A DNA stretch of 64,000 nt, taken from assembly GCA_048772705.1 (NCBI GenBank), contig JBLWGC010000021.1, forward strand, positions 18,081 through 82,080, read 5' to 3'. Below, in pieces: positions 25,574 through 39,048 of this stretch. The notes under the pieces are model-generated. The model did no database searches. It was given only the letters and a program-made list of their open reading frames with translations, and was not told the origin of the DNA. Source of the stretch: Leidyana gryllorum EB-2025a. Lineage: Eukaryota; Protista; Apicomplexa. Positions within the stretch are counted from its first letter, which is position 1. Every line of letters begins with the position of its first letter. The position numbers were made by a program, and so were the translations under genes.

Positions 25574-28096
25574 ATGGCATCTGAGATAAGTCTGCCGCCT
25601 CTGGTCATCCAGACGTGTTCATGGTTATGTCGGGACCATGGAGGTCTGACGGGTATTTTACCGCGGAGTTACGATTGGGGGTTGGAGCACGAGAGTGTGG
25701 ATGTACTGGAGCCGGAGAATGCGAAGGACTGGACGTTACTGGAGTGTTTATTCCAGTGCGCTCGTCGTTCGGGTATTGAGGATGTGCTCATCAGCATTGG
25801 ACTGGATGAGAGCAGCGGCGCTCCTTCGTCGCTGCGGTCACTTATAGACCGATTGGTGGCCTCAAAGAAGGGCGGCACCAAAGGGTTGCGTGTTCAGTTT
25901 GTGGACATCCGTCCCGATGTGGTGCGAACGCAGGGAGAATTCATGAGATATCTCCACTCCACCATTGGAGCGTCCGGTGTATTGAGTAAAGGTTTCTTTT
26001 ACTCCCCGTTGACGACTCACGTGTTGGGGGCCTCAAAGGACTTTTCGACTTTGCTCGACTTTCATCGCTCGTGTTCCAAGAAGGCTCCGGCTATTCTGTC
26101 TTTCTGGCCGTACCGTGCGAACCCCAAATCGGCTGCGTTCGCCGGAAGCCACCGCGACGTGCTGGTGACCGACGCCAAGACAGCTGAGCTGTTGAGTTTG
26201 GTTCAGATCAATAGCTACGAGGTCGACAGTATCGATTGGAGTGCAAAGATTGACATGCAGAACGAGAGATGGAGCCCTCCCCCAGAGTCCATCAGTGTTC
26301 GGAGTGATCTTCAGATCCTCGACAGTTTCTTCTTTGCGTCCGCAGAGTTTCTCAACGTGTGTACGGAGAACTTTGACCATCAGACAATCCGTGAAGTCGT
26401 CGAGAATATTATAACTTCTGAAGTCAAACTCCACACTGTGGCCATTTACGACAAACATTTGCCCTCTTTCAAGAAATCCGCCGAGTACTCTTCCAACATC
26501 TGCACCGCTTACAGCGGAATATCGCTCGCGACTCCCCGGAATTTGTGGCAGTTCTGCATCTCAGAGTCAGAAATCAACTCTGACGCGGTCTACATGAAGG
26601 GCAAATCACCTCACTGGAGAAAGTATGACAACAATGCCGCTCGAATCCCCGAGCCAGACTCCCCTCAGCTCTCTAAAACCCGACAACCCAAACCCCCAAC
26701 GTCCGCCTGTGTCGTCCACGATACCGTCCGCTTCCCGGAAGACCCATCGGACAACAGCCCAATGGACATCAAACTCGACAATGTCCTCATTATGGCCAAA
26801 GCCAAACTCGGCAAATCCATCACTCTCACAGACTCTGTCATTGGACCGTAAGTCTCTTTGCCCAATTTCTCTCCATCTCTCTCTCTCTCTCAGGAATACT
26901 GGTTTGGGAGACGGCGTCTCCTTGAGTCGGGTCATTGTATCGGGCGGAGTGCGTATCCCATCCGGTCTCCAACTCAACGGTCCCGCTTTCATCTGTCGCA
27001 AAGACGCCATTTTCGGCGATGGGTCTCTGGAAGACACTATTTGGGTTCAGAGCTCCGCCATCACTCCCACTGCGTCCTGCAACTACGTCTGCTTGGTGCC
27101 CAAGACCGACCTGTCGGCCGAGACACTCAAAGCGCTGACTCTCGACCTGTTCCCCAACGTGGCCTATTTGACAGCCGTCAAGGTGAGTGGAAGAGTCATA
27201 TTTGGTCGCTCTAAGATGATCGATGTTCCCCCCTTTCCACACAGCCGCTCGTCAACGACGCCTCATTGGACCCCGACACATTGTTGGACGCTCTGTTCGA
27301 CGAGTCCACCGGTCTGGAGGCCGGCCAGGCAGGCTCGAGCGAGATTGACGATCGGCAGCGCGACACCAATGTGGAGTCGATCTCGCATGGATCTGACGGC
27401 AGCTCAGAGGGCGAAGCCGATAACGATGACGAGTTTGCTGAAGAAGTTCAGGGGATGTTACTGACTGTCATCAATGACAAGAGGACTATCGGCAACATGC
27501 AGCTCGAGTTGAGAAACTATCGTCTGGGAGCTATGAAGAGAGACGTCGATGTTCTCACAGCCATATTACCGCTGGTGTTCGCCAAAACGTTCACCTGTCT
27601 CACCAATTATGTCAACGTAAGACTTGGCGGGCCATATCACACATTCTGCTTCTCCTCTGGGCAACAGGTGAACCAAAAGTTTGTCAAAGAGAACGGACTG
27701 TTGAGTTTGGTGCGGGATTTCTTGGAGTCCGGCCAACAGTCGAGCTACAATCTGTATTACGACGCGCTGTTGGATTTTGTCAATCGGTCCGATATGATCG
27801 ATGTCAACAGTGACTCCAACGTGGACGATCCCATTCGCACCATACCCAAGTCAAAGTATCCGTCTGCCTGTAACGTGGGACCCGACGAACTCTTCGTCCG
27901 TATCACGTGTGCCTTTGGAGAACTGAGTCACGCTACTTATCTCCCGGCCTGGGCTGAGGCTAAACGCGCTGAGGCTCCGCGAGTCCTCCAAACGCCACAT
28001 ATGGAACGCTATCTCGCCTTCTTGGAGGAATCAGATGACGAGGAGTCCGATGAAGACGACGACGATTCTTCCTCTTCTTCGTGCACTTCCGATTAG
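25574..28096 (+). CDS. EIF2B5: Translation initiation factor eIF2B epsilon subunit (divergent)
   Basis: N-terminal nucleotidyltransferase-like region, 'VRSDL', the conserved 'ENFDHQT' (NFD) motif, hexapeptide/LbH-like 'LDNVLIMAKAKLGKSITLTDSVIGP', W2-type 'FAEEVQGML...MQLELRNYRLG' and an acidic tail. Several introns. Confidence 0.8.
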
Positions 28097-28146
28097 TCAC
28101 AGAAACTCGTTTGCGTGCGCGTGTGTGCGGGCACGTGTGTGTCTGT

Positions 28147-28710
28147 TTACTCTTCTTCTTTGGCGGCTGCTGTTATGGGTGGCTCTTGTTCTTCTAGGGT
28201 TAGAGGCGCGTCTTTGTCCTCCTTGGCGGCCGTTTTGGACGCTGCGAGTTTCTCTCGTTGTGCCTTGGCTCTCTGGATGCGTTCGGCTACGCCTTTGCGG
28301 TCCAACTTGGCAACTCGCATTGTCATCCCTCGGGCAGCGTTATGTTTCTTGCCATTTATATGATCCAAGTAGCTTTGGCTGTCGGTCAGAACACAATTAC
28401 AAAGCTCGCACGTGAATCCTCTGCGCGTCTCTGTGGCTTCCACAGTCTTTCTCTCACCGATGCGGCGTTCCAGATTCAGCTCTCCACTGCGAGCCTTTAG
28501 GTACTCTTTAGGGGTCTCGCCTGCCAGGAGCTTCCGACGCTTAGCGGGTTTGGTGGGATCTTCTTCTGCGGCAGCAGGCGTCTCCTCGATGCCCATTGCG
28601 CGGGCAGCCGCCCTCTGCAGATACACTGTCTTGTCCCAGACCTGTCTACCCATGTCATCGGTCTTGACGCCCGCGCCCGCACCGGCGGCGTCATTGTTCT
28701 TCCGCTTCAT
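28147..28710 (-). CDS. ZMAT2: Matrin-type zinc finger protein 2 / Snu23 (U4/U6.U5 tri-snRNP)
   Basis: RQVWDK, YLKAR..LNLE, GFTCELCNCVLTDSQSYLDHINGKKH. Confidence 0.92.
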   Translation of the reverse strand: MKRKNNDAAGAGAGVKTDDMGRQVWDKTVYLQRAAARAMGIEETPAAAEEDPTKPAKRRKLLAGETPKEYLKARSGELNLERRIGERKTVEATETRRGFTCELCNCVLTDSQSYLDHINGKKHNAARGMTMRVAKLDRKGVAERIQRAKAQREKLAASKTAAKEDKDAPLTLEEQEPPITAAAKEEE

Positions 28711-28734
28711 TGGACTTATTGGGAGTCCAAAAAT

Positions 28735-31154
28735 TTACCACCCATGCAACTCCTCCTTAGTTTTCCTCAACGCATCCAACAGATTAGGAGGCGTCACGAT
28801 GGATGTGGACCCTGAATGAGAGGCAGAAGGAGAGTACTGACGCGCTTGCGGGCGTAGCCTACCTATGTATACATCAGCTCCGCTGCTACGCGACACGTCG
28901 TAGGCGGATCGGATCTCAGCAAAGGTCATTCCACCGATCACAAAGACGATCAGACGTTTACGTCTCCCCTGACCTCCACTGAATATAGCGTCAGTCATCT
29001 TTTCTCTGCCGCCCTTCTTTCCCGACTTTTCTCCTTCATTGCCAGAAGTCCAATTCCAATCGAATTTTGTCGCCCGAACCCGTCCGTTTCGACCCCCTTC
29101 TTCACTGTACGCCGCCACTATTCGGCCCTGCCGATCGGGCTCGGACACATATGTGAACCGATTGTTCAATTTATTTGCCACGGCCAACTCCATCACGTCC
29201 TTGACAACCGGTTCGTACCGATCGGTCTCGTACTCGGACTCTCGCGCCTTGCGTTTGTAGAAGGTGTATCGCTCCTTCTGAGAGTCAGAGTGCAGCACAT
29301 GGGTGTGCACGACCGTCGCCCCGGCAGTCTTGGCGGCCTCCACGTCGGCCTGAACGTGCAGACCCACTGTTGGCAACGAGAGAATGGGATGAACTTTCTT
29401 TTCACTAAACAACAACTTACGGTTGAGGAAATTGTGCACCGCATTGATGCTGTCCAAACTCAGACCCGCGAGGTTGATCATCTGAAAAATGAGGATCACA
29501 CGGAGGAGGACGGGGCATTGGGAGGATCACACACAGAGACCGTTAAAGGCTCACCTTCTTTCTCTCGTCCTCGTGGACACCCAACATGTTGACAAAGTAG
29601 AGTAAGAGTAGTCGGGCGCGTTCAGCGGTTTTGACTCCGCTCTTTTCGGCCACCAGTTTGCCCAGAGTACTCAAACAGGACATCACTTGGACCCCTTTGC
29701 CCTCTTTGTCGACACCGGTGGCCAAGTCCTGTTCCAGAGTGCCGCCCGCAAAGACTCCGTGTTCCTTGAGAGACTTCATACAGCAGTCAGTGAGAGTGAG
29801 ATGGGCCCAAAACTTGAGCAGCATCTCTTTGTACTGTGGGAGCTGCCGGATAGCGTTGGCAATATCGCGATCCGATGTATTACTGCCCCCAGCCGCCCGA
29901 GCGGCTGCGTACTGCGCCGCGGCGTTGTCTTTGCTAAAGTGACGGAGCTCTTCCGCCACCTTGCGACTGACAGTGGTGATGTGCTGATGGCGGTATTTCA
30001 CGAACAGATCGTCCTGCTCCCCCAACAACACTGTCTGCACTTCCTGACTGTCCAGCAGCCTGCGCGAAAGGGATCGGAATCATTTCGCGCACCGGAAGGG
30101 CGACTCACTGATAGGTGTCATCAGGCGGCAGATCGTCCCCCGCCTTCTCGCGCACATCCATCGGTGTGCAGCAGGGGATGTGGAGGACGTCGTAGCAGAG
30201 GGCCTGATAGGTGTACTCGTGGACTAAGAGGCCCGAGACGTCGATGGACCGGTCAACGATGAGCAATTCCGTGTCGCCAGATAACGACATACCCTGGCAG
30301 ACACTGTCTTGGGAAGCGCGAGGCAAAACGATTTTACCTGAGGACTGGCCTCTTTGAGGTACGACTCGAGTTGGGTCGCTAGAGATTCGCAGAGACCGCG
30401 CTCACTCTGGTGGAACCTAATTTTCGGCCGCTCGCCCAAAGTGATACAGGCGGTGGCCAGTCGCACTGTCATCTCTCTCAATGTCGCAGCTTTCTCTGAA
30501 TTGTTGTCTCCGGGAAACAGTTTGAAGAGGGCGTTGGGCATATCCAAATGGAACGCTCGCGACTCATAAGCGACAAAGTGAAGGTTAAAGTCAACCACAG
30601 ACTTGATGCGAGGAAGGATCGGATTCGCATTGGCAATTATTTTCAAAACCTCCGGGTTAGCCGCAACCGAAGTGGACCAAAATATGAATGCATTGCGGTA
30701 CTGAGGTTTCTTGTCCAACTTGAAATCCTTCACAAGGAGCTCTGCGGACTCGTTGGTCGGAGTCAAAAAATAGATTGCGTCCAGATTCGGCAACGCCTGA
30801 CGACTTTTACTGATCAGCTCGACCACTGAAGGCAAACTTCAAGTCAAAGAGCGGTCGCTGCCCAACTCGGCCTCACCAGCTACACCCGCGTCCAAAGCGT
30901 CATACACCTTGGAACATGAGGATAACACTCGCAACGTCTTGTCGTCGGTAATAAGTGCGCAATAAGCGGCTGCAGACGCGAATTTGATGTCTGGCGAATA
31001 ATACTCACTTTCTTCCGAGCGTCTGGGGCCAGTCATAGCCGCTATGGCCCGCCGGGTTTGACCGAACATTTGTTCGATCACCCCTAACACACATCATAGA
31101 GACGGCCCTCAAGGCACTTTGCTCACTTTCACTGCAGATTTCTCGCAAAGACAT
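28735..31154 (-). CDS. SEC1: Sec1/Munc18 (syntaxin-binding) protein, multi-exon
   Basis: MSLREICSE start, RQALPNLDAIYFLTP, LLIVDRSIDV..LVHEYTYQAL, KYRHQHI, LPQY, LEQDLATGVD, RYEPVVKD, RLIVFVIGGMTFAEIRSAY, GSTSIVTP. Confidence 0.93.
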
Positions 31155-31209
31155 TCTCCTCAACCTGCTTCAGACTTGACCATAAATATATTGGATGCGT
31201 TGCTGTTTT

Positions 31210-32555
31210 TTATATGTACAGTGGTTCGCTCTGGAGGTGCACTATTTCCTTCACCTGAGAGCATGTGATTGCAACAAACCCAACACGACCGCTACCTACG
31301 TAATACGGCAGTTCTGGTATTGAAGGCCGGTATTCTACCGCCATACTGCTAACCAATTCTCGTGGCTCACTCTCAGAACCCGTCGCAACCCATCCATCCG
31401 GCGTTTTTGCAAACGCGACTTCGCGGAAGCTCAATTGAAATAGAAAGGAAGGGAAAGGCACTTTCCCCAAACTCGTCTTTTGATCTCCCCGGCTCAGATC
31501 ACGCTGAAGCTCCTTGGGAAAATGCGTGCCTGAACGAAGTCGAGCTTTACTATATATATCAAAACAGTCACGAATGCTACCTTTCCACTCAACCTTCAGT
31601 ACTCCCAATAATCGCTGTGTACCTTCGCATGTAGGCCCAAACGTCTCTTTGGGTGCGTCCACGGCAGATCGGAAGGTCGCGCGAGCAGACTCAGAACAGT
31701 GCTGGAGAGGGAGACAAACTTGTCAACGCGCACACGCGCGATCAACCAAAATACACAAACCTACCCGCGTTAACCAACGCTGACTCCATTTCTGGTCTTG
31801 CGCGTTTACAGCCAACAAGAGCACCTTCAGGAACTCGTTTTCGAACCCAGTCAGAAAGTCGGAAAGTAGGAACTCGCGATTGTTGGTTTGTCGGAGCCAC
31901 TTTAGCGCCAAGTAGGTCGGATTACGATGCAACAATGGGCCCAGGAATGGTGTGCCTGCACGCGATGCATCAATTACTTAGTCGCCAGGAATCGTTATTT
32001 AGCGCGCGCACGCACACACACTCGTCACGTAACGGTGTCGAGTAGTTGCTTACCGAGGGCCAATTGGTGTGCCGTGCGAATATAGTCTCTGCATTGTAGC
32101 CGGAACCGTTTGATTAGTGACAGAGGAGAGGGGACAAGCCAGTCAATGTTTGACACCAGTATTTCTTGTTGCGCTTGGTCGGTAGCTCTGGCCAGCCTCC
32201 GTCGACGGGCGGTGGCCAGGGAGTCGGAGCCCCAGTTTGTTAGCTTGAGGGTGTAATTAGCGACTTTACGTCCGTAGCCGAGTGCCGAGTCGACAATATT
32301 AAAAGCCGGGAGCTGTATTGAAGATGGCTCATACTGAGCTCTAAAGGCCAAACAGCGGTCAGCGGCTCGGAGAAATAGGGAGTCCAGCGCTTTATCACAC
32401 ATCCGAATTCCATACAGCGGCTGACGAGTTAGGACTTCTTCAACTGCTTGAGGTACTCTGCGGTCTTGGGCCATTTTGGCCCGCCACTCCTCGCGGAAGT
32501 GTAACCTCCATGTGGTACCGAAGTGCCGAGACTGAGCTGACACTGGTAGCGGCAT
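31210..32555 (-). CDS. Hypothetical protein (probably 3 exons)
   Basis: Three abutting minus-strand ORFs (32025-32576, 31723-31935, 31210-31662) separated by short intron-like gaps; no recognisable motif. Confidence 0.5.
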
Positions 32556-32722
32556 GGCTGCCAAAACGCATGGCAAAAAAAAGGTCGGGGATGAAGGCTG
32601 AGCGGTGGTGTTGGATGTGTGGAGTCAATCAATCATCCAAAGACGCGTCAAATTTTGGCGCAGGTGGGGCATGATCGAGCAGCAGCGGAGACGAAAGCGG
32701 CGGAAGAGCTCAATTACCACTA

Positions 32723-35241
32723 ATGTCGAGAAGACTTTTGGCGGAAGTGGACAAGGCTCTAAAGGAAGCTCGAGCCACAATCGAACAGTACGATGAACGA
32801 TGGCGTCAATTACGGCGCTTCAATCAAACTCAAGTCGGTGTAAAAGAACGGATGTGGGAGGAGTCCAGACGCGAGCAGATGCGCGGGAAGAAACACGCGG
32901 TCCGAACCGCGACATTGGAGTTGCTCGATTTCAAGGTGAGTGGCCCTATTTCTTCTCGCAGCATCAAGTACTGATGCTTGCAGCACGTGTGCGATAACAA
33001 GGCGAAAATCGAGACCGACATGGAGACTCTCTTGCGAAAGCTCCATCGTCACCGACAACAACTGACGGAATGGCTCACTGTTGGTGAGCTTCGTACACAA
33101 CAAGACGAACTGAAAGATCTGCGCAGACAAATCGAACTCAGGTAAGGAAGGACTCCTCGCCCACAGCCCGCCATACATACGCTGTACAACACAGGTATAA
33201 GCGCGGTAGAGTATTCTATTGCTTGGGACAGTCGAGCGAAGACGCCGAAGATGGGGACAATAGCGGCGGACAGCACTCCGCGTGGATATCCAACTACATT
33301 GAGAAGCTAAAGCAGCAAGCTGACCTCTGGGAAGCAGACATTGAGGCTCTTGCCAAACAGATCGATAATGCCGAAAAGGTCTCCCATCTTTACGATCGAA
33401 GCGCCCAACTTGAAGCTTTTGTGGAACTTCACAAGATGCACGTCCGCAAATTGGAAGGAATGCTGCGCGCGATCAGAAGCCACTCTTTATCCGTAAGAAC
33501 CCGCGTGTGTGCACACACATCTATCTCCCCGACCATTTCAGCTATCCGAAACTCAAGCAGAGGAAATTCAGGAGACGCTTCGGAGTTATATTGAAGACAA
33601 TGACGACCTAACCATTGTTGTCGCGGATGAGGTGTACCACGATATTGACTTCCCCACTTATGGTAAGTCGACAAGGGCCCTGCCACTGCCAACAATGCTC
33701 CTTACCCCGCAGAGTCAGGCGAGGACAATGATTCGGTCAGCGAAGCTCCTTCCCCCATTGGTCAAGGCGGTTCTGTGTCTCGCCTCGCTAGTTCCGGTGG
33801 CAACGATGGGACCACTTCTCCTCAAACCAACGAGAGTCTCAAATCGCCTAAGGAGACCAATCCCTCGTCCCCGCGAACACTGTCTGCTGCCAAGACCACT
33901 CTGCCGAAAGTCAAAGCTGTGCCCGCAGCCGCGGTGTCACCTCCGCGACCCTCGCAATCCCTCCAACAGCAGCAAAACCGAGCCACAGCCTGGCAACGCA
34001 AGACCCGCAACCCCGCGGATACGCGAGAAGCTGCCCCTGCTGCTACCGCTGTGGTTGCGTGTGCTACTGACAGCACAGCCGCAGCGGCAACAACAACATC
34101 AGCTGCGATGACAACGACTACGACGACTACTATCCATCAGATGGTTGCAGCGGCCGAAAGTCCGTCCAGTACGGCTGCCACTCAACAACTGCCGGCCGGC
34201 CAAAGCCTTCAAAGAGGGACGACTCCGTCTCAGCCACAACAAACCGGGGGGCCCACGGCTCAACAGGACGGCGATGCGGCAGCAGTAGCAGGCGGTCGTC
34301 GTCAAACTACGAGCACAGCCTCGACTGATGGGCCTCGTCATTTGGTGATAGCCGAGGACGTGGCTGCGTATGACTGGGAGTACACGAGCAAAGGGTCTGG
34401 TGAAACCGCTTCAAGCAACAAGACCTTAGAAGTCCGGTGTGGCCAACGGCTATTGATAGTACGGATAGACCCCTCAGGCTGGACGTTTGCGTTCATCGAT
34501 AGACGGGACACTGTTCCGGAACCGTTGATAGTGAACGAAGACGGATCGAAGCAGCTGAGTGCTGAGGCCAGTCGAGTGTTGCCTTCTGGGTGGTTTCCGA
34601 ACACAGTGCGTGCGTCCGTGAAAGCTGCGAGGAAACAGAAACGCGTTGAGGAGAGCGGACGGCGGACTTCGAGCACAACGGAAAGCTCCAGCAACAATGC
34701 GCTCTGGGACCCGTCGTGGTGGGATGCGTCACCAGGTGGGATAGAGGAGTCGCCATCGTTGCTGCAGAGGCTAAACTTGATGCCGAGTCTGTTGGAGCTT
34801 CCTCAGTGCAGTCAGTCTTCTATAGAGATGGCAAAGTCGATCGATCAGTGCAGATGGTGGTGGAGGGCGCTCTGCCACCCATTGCGGGTCGGCACAGTAC
34901 GTGTGGTGCATTTAGCCTGGCAAGGACAGTTACTCCAGCGTTCCTGCTGCACATGTGCGGATCCCAACTCATTCCTTCAACAAGGCGATTTTGATCCCGA
35001 GTTGCCCGCACATGATCTTCTCTATGTATCTGTGGGAGACAGGCTGTTGGTGGAAGAGGTGAGCGCAGACTACAAGTGGGTCTACGGCCATCGAGTGTCT
35101 AGCGACCGGGTTTGCTCATTGCGAGGGTGGATTCCTTCCTATCTGCTGACACATCCGTCGGTCCTAATGCAGAGGCTGGCGTGCCACTTAACAGCTTTCG
35201 TCGATTTTTCCATTCCAACCAACCGACCACTCAAACCCTGA
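32723..35241 (+). CDS. NOT3/NOT5-like N-terminal coiled-coil domain fused to two SH3-like domains
   Basis: MSRRLLAEVDKALKE, KAKIETDMETLLRKLHRHRQQLTEW, LRRQIE, WISNYIEKLKQQADLWEADIE, HKMHVRKLEGMLR and YIEDNDD match the Not3 N-domain pattern. Later 'LEVRCGQRLLIVRIDPSGW...GWFP' and 'LYVSVGDRLLVEEVSADYKWVYG...GWIPSYL' are SH3-like. Confidence 0.75.
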
Positions 35242-35257
35242 CCCATTTTTTTCTGCT

Positions 35258-37521
35258 ATGGGGGACCCCCTCCTTCAAGCTCTCACACAGGAGGCCTGTA
35301 CGTTCTTCCAATCCCAACCGGTTCACGAATGTCTATCGGAATCCTCCAAACTACTGCTCCTCGACTCGCAGGTCTCATTATCAGTGGCTGTAAAAGCCCT
35401 CGACCAATACAGTGAGTTTGACACTCGATTGCTTCTGTCTCCGTGTGTGCTTGCGCTCGCGCAATGAGTTGGCATTGTGAGAATGAGCCCAGTAGTGCTG
35501 CTTATTACTCTCATTATCCGGAAGCACTGTGTAATTGTGTCTGTATAGACTATCTGGCGTGCGTCGCGCGCCCACCAGCAGGCATTCGTAACACATTTGT
35601 TTTCAGAGCGGCCATTCGCTTGTGTCTTCGCCCCCCGAGTTCCTGAATTCACCTATGTATTCGACGCGTTTGACGTGGTGGCCTTCGCCATCCACGTCTA
35701 TAAATACTACACTGACACACAGTATCTGGGCCAGCTGCACGACGCGTTGTGCTCGGTGATCCAGAACAGTAACACCTTTGGGGACTATCTGTGCTTGGTG
35801 GAAGGGGATGGAGAGCCGATCACGGAGGAAGTGAAAGAGAATCTCGTTCGCGACTTGGACACGACGCTGGGGAGCGTGGCGGACACCTTTAGCCTCCGAG
35901 ACTTTGAGAAGGAGGAGCCGTATCTTGGGCATTCGTATACGGCTCTTCTCTCCTCTGGTGGTGGTGGCCGTACCACTGTAGACACGGCTGCCGAAGAAGA
36001 GGAGAAAGACGCTCTGAAGACTCCCATCCACGCAGTATTCTCCTCGACTACCGAGGACCGAACGACGGCAACGACACTCAACACAGATATAACTCCCGAA
36101 GATTCTGGAGACCCCCACGCCCTCTCAATTAGAAGAAGAATAGAGCTCATATTCCCGCCCCCCTGGGCCTATGACTTGGAAAGATGGAACAGTGAGCGCG
36201 CTTTACCCTCTGAGCTGGTTCAAATCTTTGGTGTTGGCAGAGTTGAACGCACGCGCGTCCGCCCTTCCCCACTTGTCGATAGTGCACACCGCTCTCGATG
36301 CTGCCAAATTGTTATTGGAGTGCGAGTGAGTTGTGCATTGGATTTGATTGGCAATAGTCAAATGGAACACAGGCGATCGCGTGTGATTGTGTGGGATGAC
36401 GCCCGGGCAACGCCCTTTTCGTTTCTGACAACAACTTCATTGTTGGCGCATATGATTCAGCACGTGAGTGGTTTGGAGCGGTTCTGTGCGTAAGTTTGAC
36501 CGCCGCTGTTCAGTTCCGCAGCCGTTCCGAGATTCTCGACAAAAAAGTACTGTCCGAGTTGCGAGTGGGAGTGAATTGCAACGATCTTATCGTTGCCCCT
36601 CACACGACTAAATTTGTCAAGGTGAGGCTATAGGGCTGTGATGTGTGTTGACAGTGGGCGGGGGGCGGTATTCTTCAGGTTCTGGAGATTCTGAGAGGAC
36701 GGCGCTGGTCTGCGGTGCCCATAGTAGATGCCGAAGACGGATCTTTCATCGGTTTATTGTCTGTATCACACGTGACCTTCTTGGTGCTGCGGTCACTGTC
36801 TGACTCAGAATTGAAGTGGCATTGGGATGACGAAGTTGGAGACATTTGGGAGGTATTGGTGAGCACCGGTGCGGCGCATTCAAAGATGGTTCGTCACACG
36901 TATGCGCACACAAATCGAGCGAAGCAGCCGACGGCGGCTCCAGAGGTCCCAGCTGCAACTACATCTTCTCGGAGAGCGATAACATCGAAACACGGGGGAG
37001 CGTTTCTGGCCAAACTGGGGGATATGACCACTGACGAGAAGCAGGACAAAGTCACCGACACGGCCCCGGAGGATAGCGGCGGCAAGTGTTCCGATCTCCC
37101 GGCGCTGGTGGAACCGTTGGAAAGTCTCGAGTCCCCACCATTGAGTCCTTCAGATTCTCATCAGCCCTCCACCAATCCCTCAAGTGCCACAAGCGCGGTA
37201 CAAAATCTCGTTAAGAACATAACATGTTCTGCGATGGTGAGTTTCATTCATTCATTCATCGCTCTCCATCCGTCTACGCTGCTGCGTTGCAGGTGATGGA
37301 TGAGGATATGACGCTGCGACAAGCCATTGCCCATCTGGTACTCACAGATGACAGGCGTATTGTCTTTGTTGACTCTGACACGTAAGCCCGGCGGTGTCAA
37401 GCTTGTACACGATCGAAAGCAGTTTGGTTGCAGCGGGCGAATCAAAGGCTACATCACACCCTCACAAATCATGTCACTACTCATTAGATATTCTCTACCG
37501 ACCGCAGCCGCCTCTAACTAG
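35258..37521 (+). CDS. CBS-domain protein, AMPK-gamma/SNF4-like
   Basis: SSKLLLLDSQVSLSVAVKAL, LEILRGRRWSAVPIVDAEDGSFIGLLSVS, MTLRQAIAHLV, RIVFVD, IKGYITPSQIMSLL; multi-exon. Confidence 0.7.
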
Positions 37522-39021
37522 CGCTCTCTTTCGAGCTGTTGCAGTTTCAAACGCAATGCCAATATTTCAGTACCAGCTCGATGTATCAACCTCGAATAAA
37601 TCGCATGACTTCTTTGATTCACAATCCGAGTCTCATTCAGCATCGCTTTGTATAACTCCAAATCGTTGTGCTCCAAACTTGCCGTATCACCACTCCCACC
37701 AGCAATCCGGTTCTCCAACGCCTTGCGGGTCTCCTGCTCCAACTTGAGATCCTGCTCCATCTGCAGCAGCCACCATTGAATATTTCAAGCGTCAATCGGA
37801 ACCTCAATTTCGTCAACATTGGGCTCATCACGTCAGAGTGAGAGTGAGAGGGAATTCACACTCACACTCCTCATCGCACACTCGCACACTCACCTTTCCG
37901 AGACGGCTCATTGCCTCTTTGGAAGCTTCCAGTCTGCGTTCCAGGCGCTTCACTTCCAACAGCAAGTCTTCCTTGGAGCGTTCGTCCTCGCCCAAGGACA
38001 CTGCGACCACAGAAGGGTGCTCGCACGAGAGATCTCACTCACTGACGTCTTTGGGCTCCTTGGTGTCGAGAGCCGGGCCGGGCATCAGGGGTCGCGAAAG
38101 TCTGAGATTTAAACAACAGGAACAGATGTAACAACAGAAAGCTGACTGGCTGACGGACGGACCGACCTTTCATCCTCCAGCGCCTTCCGCAGCGAATCCC
38201 GCTGATCTTCCAGAGCCGTCACCGTCGCCTTGACAGCAATGAGCGCCGCGCGCTGGGCAGAGTGACAGTGGAAATTCTCTGAATAGCATCTCACCAGTTC
38301 GGCGGCCTCTTTGCGGGTCTCATCAGCCGCGTTGCGCAGTTCTGCATTTTTCTCCTCCAGAGTCCGCACCTCGTCTTCTCTCTCGACCAGGGTGGAGCGG
38401 GCCACCTGGAGGTCGGCTGCTCTTTCCTGAGCCTCCTTTAGCTGAGTCTTGTAGCGGTCGACCTGGGCCACCAAAGACACGTGCTGATCCTGGTACTCTC
38501 GCAAGTTGTTAATCTCCTTTTGCATGCTGAAAGGATGGTGGGCATTGCGGTATCACCGCCGGCTGGCTGGCTGGGTAGCTCACCTCTCAACACGCTGCGT
38601 GTGGTCCTTCTCCGTCTTCTTACGGTCGGTTTCTCGCTGCTGCGGGGGATTTGAGGAGGGGGCGCGACTGGAGGGTGCCAAACCTGAAGCTCTTCCTTCA
38701 GTTTGCTGATCTCATCGCCCAATTGGTCATTCGCGGCGCGCAACTTAGAGATGTCCTCGTTCTTCCTCGCGCGCAGATCGGCGTACTTGCGCTTCTGCTC
38801 TGCCAGGTCATTCTCACGCTGAGCTAATTCTGCTTCAAGGGTCTGTACATGTTCCACGAGGTCCTGATAGTGCTGTTCCCAAGTTTGCTCCTTTTCATAT
38901 GAAAAGTTAGGATCTGAAGCAGGTGCGTGAGGGGTACCTCGGCGGCAGATGGCTGTTCATCTGATGATCTCTGTTGCTGTAGATTGTCCAAATTCAGTGG
39001 AGGGGGTGGTGGTTGCGACAT
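37518..39021 (-). CDS. Coiled-coil hypothetical protein (multi-exon)
   Basis: E/K/Q/L-rich heptad ORFs 38824-39060, 38438-38857, 38109-38525, 37828-38010 and 37518-37760 joined by short introns; first ATG at 39021. Confidence 0.7.
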
Positions 39022-39048
39022 CAATTTTTGTTTTGAATACGCGAGTCG

